Source of the DNA: Octopus bimaculoides
Taxonomy: Eukaryota
NCBI RefSeq assembly: GCF_001194135.2
Contig: NC_068982.1
Location: 37,856,799-37,920,798 of the forward strand
Reading direction: 5' to 3'
Length of the DNA stretch: 64,000 nucleotides
In this document: positions 13,321 to 25,450 of the stretch, piece after piece
Numbering within the stretch: the stretch's first letter is position 1
Layout: every line of letters begins with the position of its first letter
The notes under the pieces: generated by a model
What the model was told of the DNA's origin: nothing
Database searches by the model: none
Seen by the model: only the letters and a program-made list of their open reading frames with translations
Position numbers and translations under genes: made by a program

Positions 13321-14827
13321 AGTGGGGATGGAGTATAAACTGAATCTATATTACAGTCTAAGTGTAAAATAAATACACACACATACATATAAATATAGGG
13401 ATGGAAGAGAGAGAGTGAGGATGTAAGCTAAAATAGGTTAGTTGACTTTATAAAATATGAATGATACAAAGAAATTCATGAGTCCTGTTCTGCAGATGCA
13501 GTGATATGCTTCTTTTTGCAAAGCTTATTATTTATACATGTATTACTCTCACATGCATTTCAGTGGTTGCCTTTATACCATCCAGCCATGAAAATATAAA
13601 CACCAATGTTAATAATTCCTAAAAATATCTGAATTTAGAGAGCTAGCTAATCAGCTGATATACTTATACTGATAATTCCTTCTTAGTTTGCTTCAAATGT
13701 TGCAAGACATTTTGGATATTAGATTTTATTTGTTGTAAATCAAAGATTATTTATACAGTGAACATTTCTTCAGTTATGGAAATATATTGGATATATATAT
13801 ATATATATATATATATGATCGCATGACTGACTAGACTATCAGATGTTATTACACATCACTGGTCACAATGCACTTTGCATCACATCATTTTAGATTTTGA
13901 ATGATGCCACCCTGGTGGCTAGGCAAGCGGGTCAACATTCTCTGTTAATTGAAAGGGGGCCTGGAGCAACATGAAATGAAGGATTTTGTTCAAGAACACA
14001 ACACACTGCCTGGTCTTGGAATCGAATTCATGATCTAGCGATTATAAGTGCAACAGCCTAATCACTAAACCATATGCCTTCACAAGATATATATATCATC
14101 ATCATCATTTGACATCCATTCTCAGCATATATCTTGCAAATAAATAAAGACCTATATTATGACCAACAAGACCATCACTGCTTCAAATGACTCCATCCTG
14201 TGACAGCAGTAACTCCATCACCAGCATCTTATGCTCTTATAATTTATATGATTGAAATATTCAAGGGTAAACTTGTTTCACATACATAAATGCACAATAG
14301 CAAGAATATGAGAATTATTAATACAGATACATGTGTATCTATTTATTTTTCTCTTAACTTGCTATGGATTTTATTTATTTATTTTGAATCCTTAAATATT
14401 AAAATCCCCAAAATGGAATTTAGAAAGTTGAGTTGATGCATGCTGTAAACATTCACTTATCTATTATTATATATCATTCATCTGTGATTTAACAAAACCT
14501 CAAAGATACTGTGAATAAGATAAATTGCAATTCTCTGGAAAAATAAAAATATAAAACAAAAATGTGTATTAAATGAAAGAGCACTGCTTACACTTTTCAA
14601 ATCAAAACAACATATTATTTTTTTCTCTCCTTAAAAATATGAGATTAAATTACCAGTATTTTCATTCACATCTTCCAGAAAATTTCTTATATCTTTGATC
14701 ATGAAATTTTTGGAATAAGAAATTTTTGAACACACAGTGAACTGCATTTTTCTTTTATTACTTAGTTTGTTCACTCAGATTTCTAAAGACCTTATACCAC
14801 ACTATTTATTTATAAATATTATGCCTT

Positions 14828-14901
<74 letters not shown>

Positions 14902-15225
14902 NNNNNNNNNNNNNNNNNNNNNNNNNNNNNNNNNNNNNNNNNNNNNNNNNNNNNNNNNNNNNNNNNNNNNNNNNNNNNNNNNNNNNNNNNNNNNNNNNNN
15001 NNNNNNNNNNNNNNNNNNNNNNNNNNNNNNNNNNNNNNNNNNNNNNNNNNNNNNNNNNNNNNNNNNNNNNNNNNNNNNNNNNNNNNNNNNNNNNNNNGAT
15101 ATATATAAATATATAAACACAAGATATCTATGTGCACAGAATTTGGAGTCTTATAATTTTGGCATTACTTTACATTTATTTATAATATTACTATAACATT
15201 CTCTGAGAGTATACTTTGATAGCAG

Positions 15226-15334
15226 CTTCTTCTTCTTCTTCTTTTTCTTCTTTTTCTTCTTCTTCTTCTTCTTCTTCTTCTTCTTCTTCTTCTTCTTCTT
15301 CTTCTTCTTCTTCTTCTTCTTCTTCTTCTTCTTC
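15226..15334. repeat. (TTC)n microsatellite
   Basis: Direct reading. Confidence 0.95.
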
Positions 15335-16178
15335 CACTTTACCTTGCCCTCTCACTATGTTACATTACTGAGAAGGGTTTTGGATGTCAATACTTGAAAA
15401 CCACTCTCGGTGTATACATGATCTGGTAGAAACTTTGTACGATTACACTGCTATATTTTGTGTAAAAGAAAACCTTATGGAATTTCGAAGAGCTATTTAT
15501 TTCTCTTCATTCAATGATGACATATTTAGTTATCTTTGAAATTCAGAAAATTCCAAAACAGATCAAGACATTTTCTTTTCCTCATGACACCAATCAACTC
15601 ATTACAAGCAATCATTTCTATAACATGTATTCATTTTTACACTCCTGTATTGTTGTCAGTTTGAACAATCTTTCCAATGTTCATATTAACTTTGTCATCA
15701 GTTTTTAAAGTACTTTTAAAATTTTTTTGCCTGGAGTTATAATACAGTATTTAGATTTATCGATTAGTGGTATTTATTTTACCAACCCAGTAGAGATAAA
15801 AGACATATATTTAGATTTTGTGAAATTTGAACTCAGAGTAAAAAAAATGGATCAATGACCTAAATACTAACTGCACTGACTCAATATAAAGTTCAGAGCA
15901 ACCTTAGTGTCTTTTGTGCTTTGGTTCCTCATCAGAATATTTTTATTATGGCTCACCCCTTGCCTTTTCTATAGATCTTTGCATAGACCTGCCATTTATA
16001 TGGCCACTTGCATGCACTCTCACAAATACACTAACACACAGACATCACACACATACACATTGTACATGCTGTGGCACCTTGGACAAGTGTTTTCTACCAT
16101 GGCCTCAGGCCGACCAAAGCCTTGTGAGTGGATTTGGTAGACAGAAACTCAAAAAAGCTCATTGTATATTTGTGTGTA

Positions 16179-16210
<32 letters not shown>

Positions 16211-16559
16211 CCAGCTACACTGGTTATATTGTTAAAGCATGCAGTGGCAATAAGCCTAGTCGAACAATGACATCAGTAACAGAACAACAACAATAATAAT
16301 AAAGATGCTTTTTTTCTTTTAACATAATAATCATTAAAAAATGAAGTAGTAGCAATAATATTTTCTGTATTGGCCACAAGGACCCATATATACAAGACAA
16401 AAATGTATTGTACATACAAGTAATGCGTGAGTGTGCATTATTTGTATCTATAGCCACTGGGCCTTCTGCCCTGGACCACTAATCTGACTTTCTTTCTTTC
16501 TGCTCCCACAATGGCTGCAGTCTTGTGATTGTTATGTGGTAGTCATCAAATCCTGGATG

Positions 16560-17330
16560 TTCATGTAGATCTACTCAGCCATAAATTATGAGTCACTTCC
16601 ATATTCATTAACTACTCTTGCTGTGTTGCAAAGAGCTAATAACAAGCCTAGTTCTGATGTATCTGGCCATGACCCTTATATTCATTTTTATGCATCAGCT
16701 CTACATCTTTCCTTATGATGTCCTCACGTCCTCAGTCACTAGGTACACACTTCTACATACTCTGCCATCATTAAGGGAGTATGCCTCCTGTCACACATTA
16801 GTCAGGATTTTCTCCAACTCTTCTTTCAAGGGCATTTTTTGAAAAGTACAGGTATGTTACTTTCTTCCATTCTTTTCTCAGGTCAGTTCCTCAGGCAAGC
16901 AGGCACTCACTCTTGTAACATTTCTTTACCATTCTTTTGCTTTAGCCTAGAGCTGATTGTTGCTAGATTGCTGATGTAGTTTTCATCAACTGTCTGTTAT
17001 TCAGGTGTTCCATGTTATTGCCCCCTATTTTGTGTTCAATCATCACTCTTCTTTTCTATTAGATTGTGCAGTAGATCCGTCAGGCCCTCATTGGCAATCT
17101 AAACATTTGTGAATCACATATGAAGCAACTGTGCTTTCTGCTTTGCATTGTCAATTTGATTACTTACCTTTCTGCTCCCACATTGGAGTACAACTCTAGG
17201 GTGGCTGTGTGTCGTCAGGGATCATCAAGGCCTGCATATCCATGCATGTTGTTACTTGTTGCTTTTATTCTCACCACCTACCAATACAGTGTTACAAAAG
17301 TGATAATGAGCCACACCAAATATCTTTAGC
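16560..17330 (-). mobile_element. Very old RTE-like LINE remnant
   Basis: Only faint minus-strand resemblance to RTE RT motifs; many stops. Confidence 0.3.
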
Positions 17331-18018
17331 CATTATCATTCTTGTATCTTTTCATATACTATGGCACCAGCCTATTATAATACTTATATAATATTATGTA
17401 TAATATATAATATTATATATAATATAATATCAGCAACTAACAGTTGTTATTAATGCACAGAAACAATTTGTTGTGATTTGTGCTTAAAACCTATTCATTC
17501 CATCTTCTCCTTTCATAAACCTTTTTATATGAATTCTGTGTACACTGATGGATTTCTATATGTATGTAAATCCAGTAAAAGGAGTATTTCTGTTGTATGA
17601 TGGCATACCAGTAATGGTAGAGGAGCTTTGAAATGCACATTGTAAGATTATTACCCAGATGATATTAAATATATATATATATATATANNNNNNNNNNTAT
17701 ATAATATTATGTATAATATATAATATTATATATAATATATATATTTCATGATAGTTGGAGCATCTTAATCACTGGGTAATCTGTATAGAACTGTTGAATG
17801 TTGAACTAATTGTAAATCAGTTATAGTATAGGTAGGGTTAGTGCAAAGACATTAATCAGTTCTCACAAATAGTACTTACAAAATTTTGCTTCTTCATTAT
17901 TGTTAAGCTTAAAGAGTAACCTCCTTTCTTGGACAGACCTCAAATTTCTGTTGACATGGTTTTAACTCTGGGCTTAAGAATTGGCAGTTTTAATGTAATA
18001 TTGGTATAAGTTCTCTGA

Positions 18019-18316
18019 TGAAGACACATGGCTTAGTGGTTAGGGTATTCAACTCATGATTGTAAAGTCATGAGTTTGATTCCCGGTGGCATGTTGTGCC
18101 CTTGAGCATAACATTTTATTTCCCATTGCTCCAGTCCACTTAGATGGCAAAAATGAATAGCACCTGTATTTCAAAGGAGAAGCCTTGTCATGTTCTGTGT
18201 CACACTGAATATCCCTTAGAACTATTTTAAGGGTATGCATGTCTGTGGAGTGCTCAGCCACTTGTGCATTAATTTCCTGAGCAAGTTGATCATTGTCATA
18301 ACCGATGGAGTGCCAG
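18019..18316 (+). mobile_element. tRNA(Met-like, CAT loop)-derived SINE with tgtgyccttgagcaa core (family E)
   Basis: A-box tggcttagtggttagg, loop ctcatga, B-box gagtttgattcc, core gtgcccttgagcataacattttatttc..gctccagtccac. Near-identical layout at 54694-55062 (+). Confidence 0.8.
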
Positions 18317-18539
18317 TTATAAGTTCTCTTATGATTATGTCTTTATACCATAGTTCTGCCCATGAAACAATATATATTTTTTGTAATCTTTATTCTTATT
18401 ATGAAACAATTTTTCTTCTGTGTTAAACTTATATAACATATACCCAATATTTAAGCATTTTGGTTGGACAAGCATCCTGCCAATCATAAGTGATCATCTT
18501 ACATTACAGGGAAAGTGCTAGCTACTAATTAAAAATATC

Positions 18540-18752
18540 CTTTTCTACTCTAGGCACAAGGCCCGAAATTCTTGGGGAGGGTGCCAGTCAATTAGATCAA
18601 CCCCAGTATACAACTGGTACTTAATTTATCGATCCCGAAAAGATGAAAGGCAAAGTCACTCTCAGCGGAATTTGAACTCAGAACATAAAGACAGATGAAA
18701 TACCGCTAAGCATTTCACTTGGCATGTTAATGTTTCTGCCAGCTCGCTGCCT
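18540..18752 (-). mobile_element. Full-length tRNA-derived SINE with Meta-domain-like core, with target-site duplication
   Basis: Core gactttgcctttcatc..tcgggatcgataaattaagtacc read on the minus strand. Perfect 17-bp TSD tactaattaaaaatatc at 18523-18539 and 18753-18769. Confidence 0.85.
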
Positions 18753-18955
18753 TACTAATTAAAAATATCATTAGTATAATGAATACTTGAACAGATCAAA
18801 CAAAATGAATCATCAAAAATATATGAATAGGAATTTAGAAGTCAATTATATTTAAAAGTGTGTTACAGATTGTACAATTACATTTCTATTCATAAGAAAT
18901 TTAACCTTTTAGCATTTAGATTACTTTGTCAAATGAAATGCTTATTTATTTCTAT

Positions 18956-19226
18956 GCTGGTGCCACATGAAAAGCACCCATGCCTGTGCTGTGTACAAAG
19001 CACCTGTGCTGGTTTCATGTAAAAAGCACCCATACTGGTGCCACATAAAAAGCACCCAATACATTCTATAAAGCGGTTGGGATTAGGAAGGGCATCCATC
19101 TGTAGAAACAATGCCAAAACAGACAACTGGAGCCTTGTGCAGCTTCTCATCTTTTCAGCTCCTGTCAAACCAGCCAACCTATGCCAGCATGGAAAATGAA
19201 CGTCAAATGATGATGATGATGATGAT
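18956..19226 (+). mobile_element. Non-autonomous RTE-type element: tandem hairpin units + RTE 5'-like motif + RTE 3' tail (family D)
   Basis: Units ggtgccacataaaaagcacc, then aaagcggttgggattaggaagggcatcc, then ccaacctatgccagcatggaaaatgaacgtcaaa(tga)n. Copies at 57768-58030 and 59765-59932. Confidence 0.75.
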
Positions 19227-20464
19227 TGTTTTGAATTAATCATGTAGCTTTGAGCTTTTAATGAACTATTTATTTTTAGAATGACATTGTATGGTAAGTA
19301 CAGGAAGCCAGATATGGTCCATTTGAAAGTTAAACAAGTAGAATATTTGGGCTCAGTATGGCTGGTTTAAATGCTAAAGGCTTAAAATATTGCATTCTTG
19401 AAATATTGTTGTAGAGAACCCTGCATTTTTTGATTTCTTGTAGAGCAAGCATACTATTTTTCAAATCCCTGATATAAGAATATCTGATTGTAGGAAGACT
19501 TTCACTATAAATTTTGTCATAGGCAAACATCATATAAATTAGAAAATAGTCAAACATATAACAGTAGTGGCAATCTGCCCCCCTCTCCCCCCCAAAATAT
19601 CAACAATAACAACAAAACCCCTAATGTTAATGTCAGATACATAAGGCTATTTGCAGATTTATCTAAGTAAATCTGCTACAGAGTCAGTTCAAGGTATTCT
19701 GAGGACTACTACTGCAGGGAGATGTATCAGCAGGGATTATAATTACCAAACAATAATACAAAAGCAAGTAGGGATCTTTTAAATAGCTATGATTACAAAA
19801 GAATATTTTGTATTATAGAAAGTTAAAAGGCAACAGGGATGAAACACAAATGAATCCCAGATCAGTTTTTAGTGAAACTGAAATTAATCAAATATCAAGT
19901 TAAAAACAAAGTTTTAATATATTCTACATCACAAATACAGATATGATTCTTGGGCAATGTCTATGTATGAATGTATGTATGTGTGTGTGTAGAGGGGGGG
20001 GGGGTGTCAGTGTGGTGAATGTATGAACTTATTTATAATTATGTGTGTGTATATGGATATTGTAGCCTTCTTTTTTGAAATTAAATAATCCAAATTGTGC
20101 CTGTTAACTACTTATATTTTTTACACATGGTAGTTTTACTGGAAGCTGTATATTATTGTGGTAGAGACAAAGAATGAAAGCAAGTTGCTGCTCAGGGGGA
20201 GATAATCGTTTCTAAGCATATCCTTCTTTTGTCTTCTATGGAGAAATTTTCTTTTTTTTTTTTTTCAGAGTGAAAAGAGTGAGAAGAACTTACATCTTAT
20301 TTCATATAATTCTTTTATTATTATCATAGTAGCCTTGTATGATATCATCTCTTCCTGTTTTGGAATGTTTAGCATGACATAACTTGAGATTTTCAAATTA
20401 TATTTTACTTCTTTTTTGTATTTGGTTTGCAAGATTCTTTATGTGAATTTGTGTGTTGAAACAA

Positions 20465-20674
20465 ATTTTGTTGTGTCTGGGGAGAGTCATATTGCCTTAA
20501 TATCTAACACACTCACCAGTTCAATTTCCACTCTTTTATTTTTTTGTTTTGTGTCTTCCAAAATTTTGGAAGACATAAGAAAAATAAATAAATGAATAAA
20601 TAAATGAGTGGAAATTGAACTGGTGAGTGTGTTAGATATTAAGGCGATATGACTCTCCCCAGACCCAACAAAAT
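20465..20674. repeat. 210-bp fold-back inverted repeat
   Basis: 69-bp arms (20465-20533 / 20606-20674) with 2 mismatches, a T-rich/A-rich spacer, and a perfect 24-bp central palindrome tgtcttccaaaattttggaagaca (20552-20575). Confidence 0.95.
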
Positions 20675-20808
20675 CATATTTTGTTTCCTCTCTAAAATAC
20701 TTTAGCTATAACTACATTTATTAAGAAATATTTCAAGAATATGTCTCTTGTTTTAATTAAAATCATTATTGTCATGAGTTCATTAAAGACATTATGATGT
20801 AATAATAA

Positions 20809-20849
<41 letters not shown>

Positions 20850-20997
20850 TAATCCTTTCTACTATAGGCATAAGGCCTGAAAATTTGGGGGAGGAGGGTG
20901 CTAGTTAATTAGATTGACTCCAGTGCTCAACTGATACCTATTTTATTGATCCTGAAAGGATGAAAGGCATAGTTAATCTTGGCAGCGTTTGAACTCG
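20850..20997 (-). mobile_element. 5'-truncated Meta-like SINE between (AAT)n tracts
   Basis: ctttctactataggcataaggcctg...aggatgaaaggc...tttgaactc. Confidence 0.75.
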
Positions 20998-21034
20998 ATG
21001 ATGATGATAATAATAATAATGATAATAATAATAT

Positions 21035-21346
21035 GAAATCACAGAAATGTGGAAGCTTAGTACTATGATAATACCAGAAGTAATTGGTGCATTGAGAATG
21101 ATAAAGAAGGGAGCTGAGAAGCATATTAAGCAACTCCCTGGTAACACCAATCTCTGTGAACTACAAAAAATAACCTTGATGGGTATAGCCCATATACTAT
21201 AGAAAGCACTCTCCATCTAAAATAGAATAAATGTGGTGATAATTTTAGCATGCATAGCAAAACCAAAGTGCCCTTGCTACTCTTAGTCTCCCGAGGATGC
21301 CCGGTGCCAAGGCAGCTGAAATAAAGTTATAATGAAGAGAAATCAT
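21035..21346 (+). mobile_element. 3' end of a third R4/Dong-type family
   Basis: EITEMWKLSTMIIPEVIGALRMIKKGAEKHIKQLPGNTNLCELQKITLMGIAHIL*KALSI* plus 3' UTR, between (ATG/AAT)n tracts. Confidence 0.8.
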
Positions 21347-21357
21347 AAATGATGATG

Positions 21358-21389
<32 letters not shown>

Positions 21390-21643
21390 TTACTTTTCTA
21401 TTTTTATTATTTCCTTTTTCTCTCTGTTTTCTCATTTTTCTCTATCACATGACTCTGTAAATGAACAATCTGGTATGTTTGTTTTAATGGCCTACCAATG
21501 TATACAGTATGTTTCTTGCCCTAGGTGTCAGGAAGACACTCAGCAAGAAATGGAAACAGAAATGAAAGAAGATACTAATGAAAATAATAATAATAATTAC
21601 CGGCATAATGCCTCACCCAATGTTTAATTGTAATAATAATAAT

Positions 21644-22379
21644 GATTTTCTTTATTTGCAACTTGGGAAAATAAAGGAAATTAGTATAGGACAAATTATA
21701 TAATGTTAGGGGTTTACACAGAACCAATTTTGCAAAAAATGACATTGAAAATAAGAATATACATCATAATAGGGTAACAGCTGCCTAAAGTCAGGCAAGT
21801 AACTCCCACAGAACCAGAGTTAGCTTAAATACTAAAGGCAAGAGCTTCCTCCTAGCTGTATTCTCTGGCCTACAGACATATATTGAAAATAGGCTCGGAC
21901 CTATCAATCTTTTGGCAAATTGACTGGAAGGCAGTACCTTATCCACTCTCACCCTCTTCTCCTAGTGGAACATAAAGAAGTTGATGAGGGCTTGGTTGAA
22001 GAGGAAAGTACTGGTCTTCAATCCTTTCTGTCTTGTGCATCATACAATCTTTTTTATCATTACCACCAGACAGAGGAAACCTGCCTGTTCCTCCTAGCCA
22101 AAGATGGTGGAAGCTATGTCCTACATGCACCAGCAGCTGTTTGACATAATTCCATAAAGTAACAATTATCAGACTCTGAGCAAATATAGGCAGAATGGTT
22201 TTGTCACTACACTCATTTCAGACAAGCCCAGGTGATGTTGCTATTGTGTCTGGAGAGTTTATCTCAAACTGGTAATTCCCTTGGTAATATAACCAGACCA
22301 GAGATGTCTGGAACTTGTACATAGTCTCCCGGTTGAAAGTAATATGCAATAAATTGCTTAACTGATCTTTGTTGATGCT

Positions 22380-22381
<2 letters not shown>
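21644..22381 (-). mobile_element. Degenerate 3' end of a Tx1/L1-clade LINE ORF2 (zf-RVT / CCHC region)
   Basis: Frameshifted minus-strand translation FQTSLVWLYYQG / LPV*DKLSRH..ACLK* / SDKTILPIFAQS..LWNYVKQLL / FLCLVVMIKKIV*CTRQKG..LINFFMFH*EKRVRV resembles Tx1/L1 C-termini. AATAAA on the minus strand at 21651-21656 precedes a (TTA)n tail. Confidence 0.6.
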
Positions 22382-22464
<83 letters not shown>

Positions 22465-22467
<3 letters not shown>

Positions 22468-22737
22468 TGCCTTCTAATTGATGTTTCAATACCAGCAGAT
22501 GACAACGTTTCTCTAAAAGAAATGGAAAAACTTTCAAAATACAAAGACCTGGAAATAGAGATAACTCGAATGTGGAATCTAAAAACAGAAACAATTCCTA
22601 TCATAGTAGGTGCCTTAGGTATAATAAAAAAATATTCAGACAAATACATAACAAAAACACCAGGACTTACAAATATATATAACATACAAAAAATTGCACT
22701 ACTGGGTACTGCACACATTCTACGCAAAACACTTTCA
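22465..22737 (+). mobile_element. REL-endonuclease 3' end of an R4/Dong-type element (runs into gap)
   Basis: Stop-free KCLLIDVSIPADDNVSLKEMEKLSKYKDLEIEITRMWNLKTETIPIIVGALG...ALLGTAHILRKTLS begins directly after (AAT)n 22382-22463. Confidence 0.88.
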
Positions 22738-23180
22738 NNNNNNNNNNNNNNNNNNNNNNNNNNNNNNNNNNNNNNNNNNNNNNNNNNNNNNNNNNNNNNN
22801 NNNNNNNNNNNNNNNNNNNNNNNNNNNNNNNNNNNNNNNNNNNNNNNNNNNNNNNNNNNNNNNNNNNNNNNNNNNNNNNNNNNNNNNNNNNNNNNNNNNN
22901 NNNNNNNNNNNNNNNNNNNNNNNNNNNNNNNNNNNNNNNNNNNNNNNNNNNNNNNNNNNNNNNNNNNNNNNNNNNNNNNNNNNNNNNNNNNNNNNNNNNN
23001 NNNNNNNNNNNNNNNNNNNNNNNNNNNNNNNNNNNNNNNNNNNNNNNNNNNNNNNNNNNNNNNNNNNNNNNNNNNNNNNNNNNNNNNNNNNNNNNNNNNN
23101 NNNNNNNNNNNNNNNNNNNNNNNNNNNNNNNNNNNNNNNNNNNNNNNNNNNNNNNNNNNNNNNNNNNNNNNNNNNNNNNN

Positions 23181-23521
23181 ACCTATTGTCATAGGTGCCC
23201 TGGGAATGACAGCGAAACGGGCTGATTACTACCTAGCTCAGATACCAGGAAACCCCAAAATGGCTGAAGTTCAAAAGATAGTGCTCATGGGAACTGCCCA
23301 TATCCTACGTAAAATACTGTCTATGTGATCTCAAATTTTAAAACAAACACATAATTTTCTTATGGTTTCTTAAATATTCTCTAGAACAACACTATGTACA
23401 AATCCAAATATATGGTACCCTAAGCATAACACCTACATGAACTTCTAACTTGTTGTCTCTTGAGGTCTCTGGGTGAGACTTGGATCCAACTTGTACAAAT
23501 GCAAAACAAAAGTCAAACATA
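23181..23521 (+). mobile_element. 3' end of a second, different R4/Dong-type family (emerges from gap)
   Basis: PIVIGALGMTAKRADYYLAQIPGNPKMAEVQKIVLMGTAHILRKILSM* (stop ends 23328), then about 190 bp of 3' UTR and an (AAT)n tail. It repeats the same protein region as 22465-22737 with a different sequence, so it is a separate copy. Confidence 0.85.
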
Positions 23522-23537
23522 AAATAATAATAATAAT

Positions 23538-23747
23538 ACTTTCTACTATAAGCACAAGGCCTGAAATTTGTGGGGAGTGGGATAGTTGATTACATTGACC
23601 CTAGTACTTGACTGGTGCTTAATTTATTGACCCCAAAAGGATGAAAAGCAAAGTCGACCTCAGCGGAATTTGAACTCAATGTAAGGATGGATGAAATGCT
23701 GTTAAGCATTTTGCCTGGCATGGTAATGATTCTGCTAGCTCACTACC

Positions 23748-23749
<2 letters not shown>
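23538..23749 (-). mobile_element. Meta-like SINE between (AAT)n tracts
   Basis: Full-length family sequence bounded by AAT repeats on both sides. Confidence 0.8.
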
Positions 23750-23808
<59 letters not shown>

Positions 23809-24681
23809 GCAACTGAAAACAAATGAAACTGAAAATAGATGGGTAAAGAAAAGAAAGCATGGTCAATTTCATAGGGATGTTGAAGATAAGACAGACAGAG
23901 AAAAAAGATGACTGTGGATGACTAAAAGTGATTTAAAACCGGAAATGGAGGTTCTAATCTGTGCTGCCCAAGAGCAAGCACTAAGAACAAACTACATAAA
24001 ATACAGAATAGACAACACATCAGAAAGTGATAAGTGCAGAATCTGTGGACAAAATAGTGAAACTGTATTGCATATTACCAGCCAATGTATGCCACTAGCC
24101 CAGAAGGAATATAAGAGACGTCATGACAATATAACCAGGCTTGTCCATTGGACACTCTGCAACAAGTATGGACTTGACAGAACAAAAGATTGGTACAACC
24201 ACAAACCTGAAGGCATCGTTGAAAATAGAAATGCAAAGATCCTATGGGATTTTATGATTCAGTGCAACCATGAGATAGAGAATAGTAAGCCAGACATAGT
24301 CTTAATTGAGAAAGAAAACAAACTATGCTGGATCATCAATATAGCATGCCAAGTTGACAACAAGGTATGCGATAAGGAAGAAAGAAAAGTTGAGAGACAT
24401 GACAGGTTAGCTTGGGAAGTTAAGCAGTTGTGGTTGATGAAAAAGGTAGCAGAAGTACCAATAATTATTGGAGCCCTGGGAACAGTGAGCAAAAATCTCG
24501 AGAAGTACGTGGAACAAATAGGGGCTGCAATAATGGTGGAGCACTTGCAGAAAACATCACTGCTTGGAACTGCTCGAATATTCCAGAATGTGCTCAGAAA
24601 ATAAGAGGTATTACCTTAGTTCACTGGTAGTGAACAACTGACACCATAGTACATCTCCAGCATTAGAAGCTGTGCAAAGGC
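23809..24681 (+). mobile_element. 5'-truncated R4/Dong-clade REL non-LTR retrotransposon (CCHC knuckle + REL endonuclease + 3' UTR)
   Basis: Frame 23809-24604 has one stop (23909-23911). It encodes KHGQF..AAQEQALRTN, CRICGQNSETVLHITSQC, RRHD, ILWDF, KPDIVL, PIIIGALG and LQKTSLLGTARI. Flanked by (AAT)n at 23750-23808 and 24682-24755. Confidence 0.9.
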
Positions 24682-24717
24682 AATAATAATAGTAATAATA
24701 ATAATAATAATAATAAC

Positions 24718-24754
<37 letters not shown>

Positions 24755-25089
24755 GTAACTGCTTTATTGGGGACAGTGAAGAGCTTGAGATTGATACTTG
24801 GGTATTAAGTATTGTGGAAAGAGACCTTGTGAGACTTTGACAACAGGTTTCTGTCTGCTCTTACAGAATCAACTGGAGCAAGTGAAATCAAGAGCTCTGA
24901 GAAGTGAAATGGAAATAAAATAATAGTAACAATCAATAATAGATTAACATCTGTTTTAATTCATATGTGTTGAACAATATGTGCTTTATTTAATTTTGTT
25001 TTTTGCTATGTTACTTAAAAGTCTTAATTATCTTAGGGGGTGATATTTAATTTTCTTAAACTGAGTATTTCATATACTAGAAAACTGTT

Positions 25090-25200
25090 TACATATCTGA
25101 GAGGCACATACATATCTAAGAGACAACTACATATCTAAGACACACACACACACATTTCTGAGACACTCATACATATCTAAGATACATACACACAGACATT
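25090..25200. repeat. Degenerate minisatellite of about 20 bp (acatatctRagagacac..)
   Basis: About five imperfect units. Confidence 0.7.
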
Positions 25201-25254
25201 CTGGAGCACTTCCAAAATGGCCACCTACCTGACTGGCAAACCTTCACTGACACC

Positions 25255-25450
25255 CTCCAATCATTAAGCTGTCTCTTCTGCTGACTAAATTGGGCTCTGT
25301 TCCTCTTAACATGCTAATTGCATACCACCTCCTCTCTACATCACTTTTACTGTATCTCACCACCCATGGATTTTTGCAATTCTTTTTCCAAACCCAGAAC
25401 TCATCTGGATTTCTCTTTTCCTTCAACCTTCAAGAATTTAGACTTGAGTA
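25255..25450 (+). mobile_element. CR1/L2-like LINE 3' remnant
   Basis: Decayed SLFYRYYNGLCSSEL..PP and SFFPRT..LWNSLP-like segments. A related copy lies at about 26150-26480. Confidence 0.45.

Noticed and set aside
17386-17742. About 39-bp AT-rich sequence repeated on both sides of a region ending in a 10-N gap
   Set aside because: Low complexity next to a gap; likely an assembly overlap artefact.
18015-18030. ctgatgaag as a second hammerhead core
   Set aside because: No stem II or GAAA partner; it is the start of a family E SINE.
18019-18090. Possible tRNA-Met gene (also heads at 37301, 54694, 59483)
   Set aside because: Stems do not pair into a cloverleaf and each continues into a SINE body; these are tRNA-derived heads.
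18956-19060. CRISPR-like repeat-spacer look of the hairpin units
   Set aside because: Eukaryotic context, imperfect repeats, very short non-unique linkers, no cas genes, and part of a dispersed retroelement.
22522-23328. 268-aa ORF spanning the gap
   Set aside because: The two sides encode the same REL C-terminus from different families; frame continuity across the Ns is coincidental.
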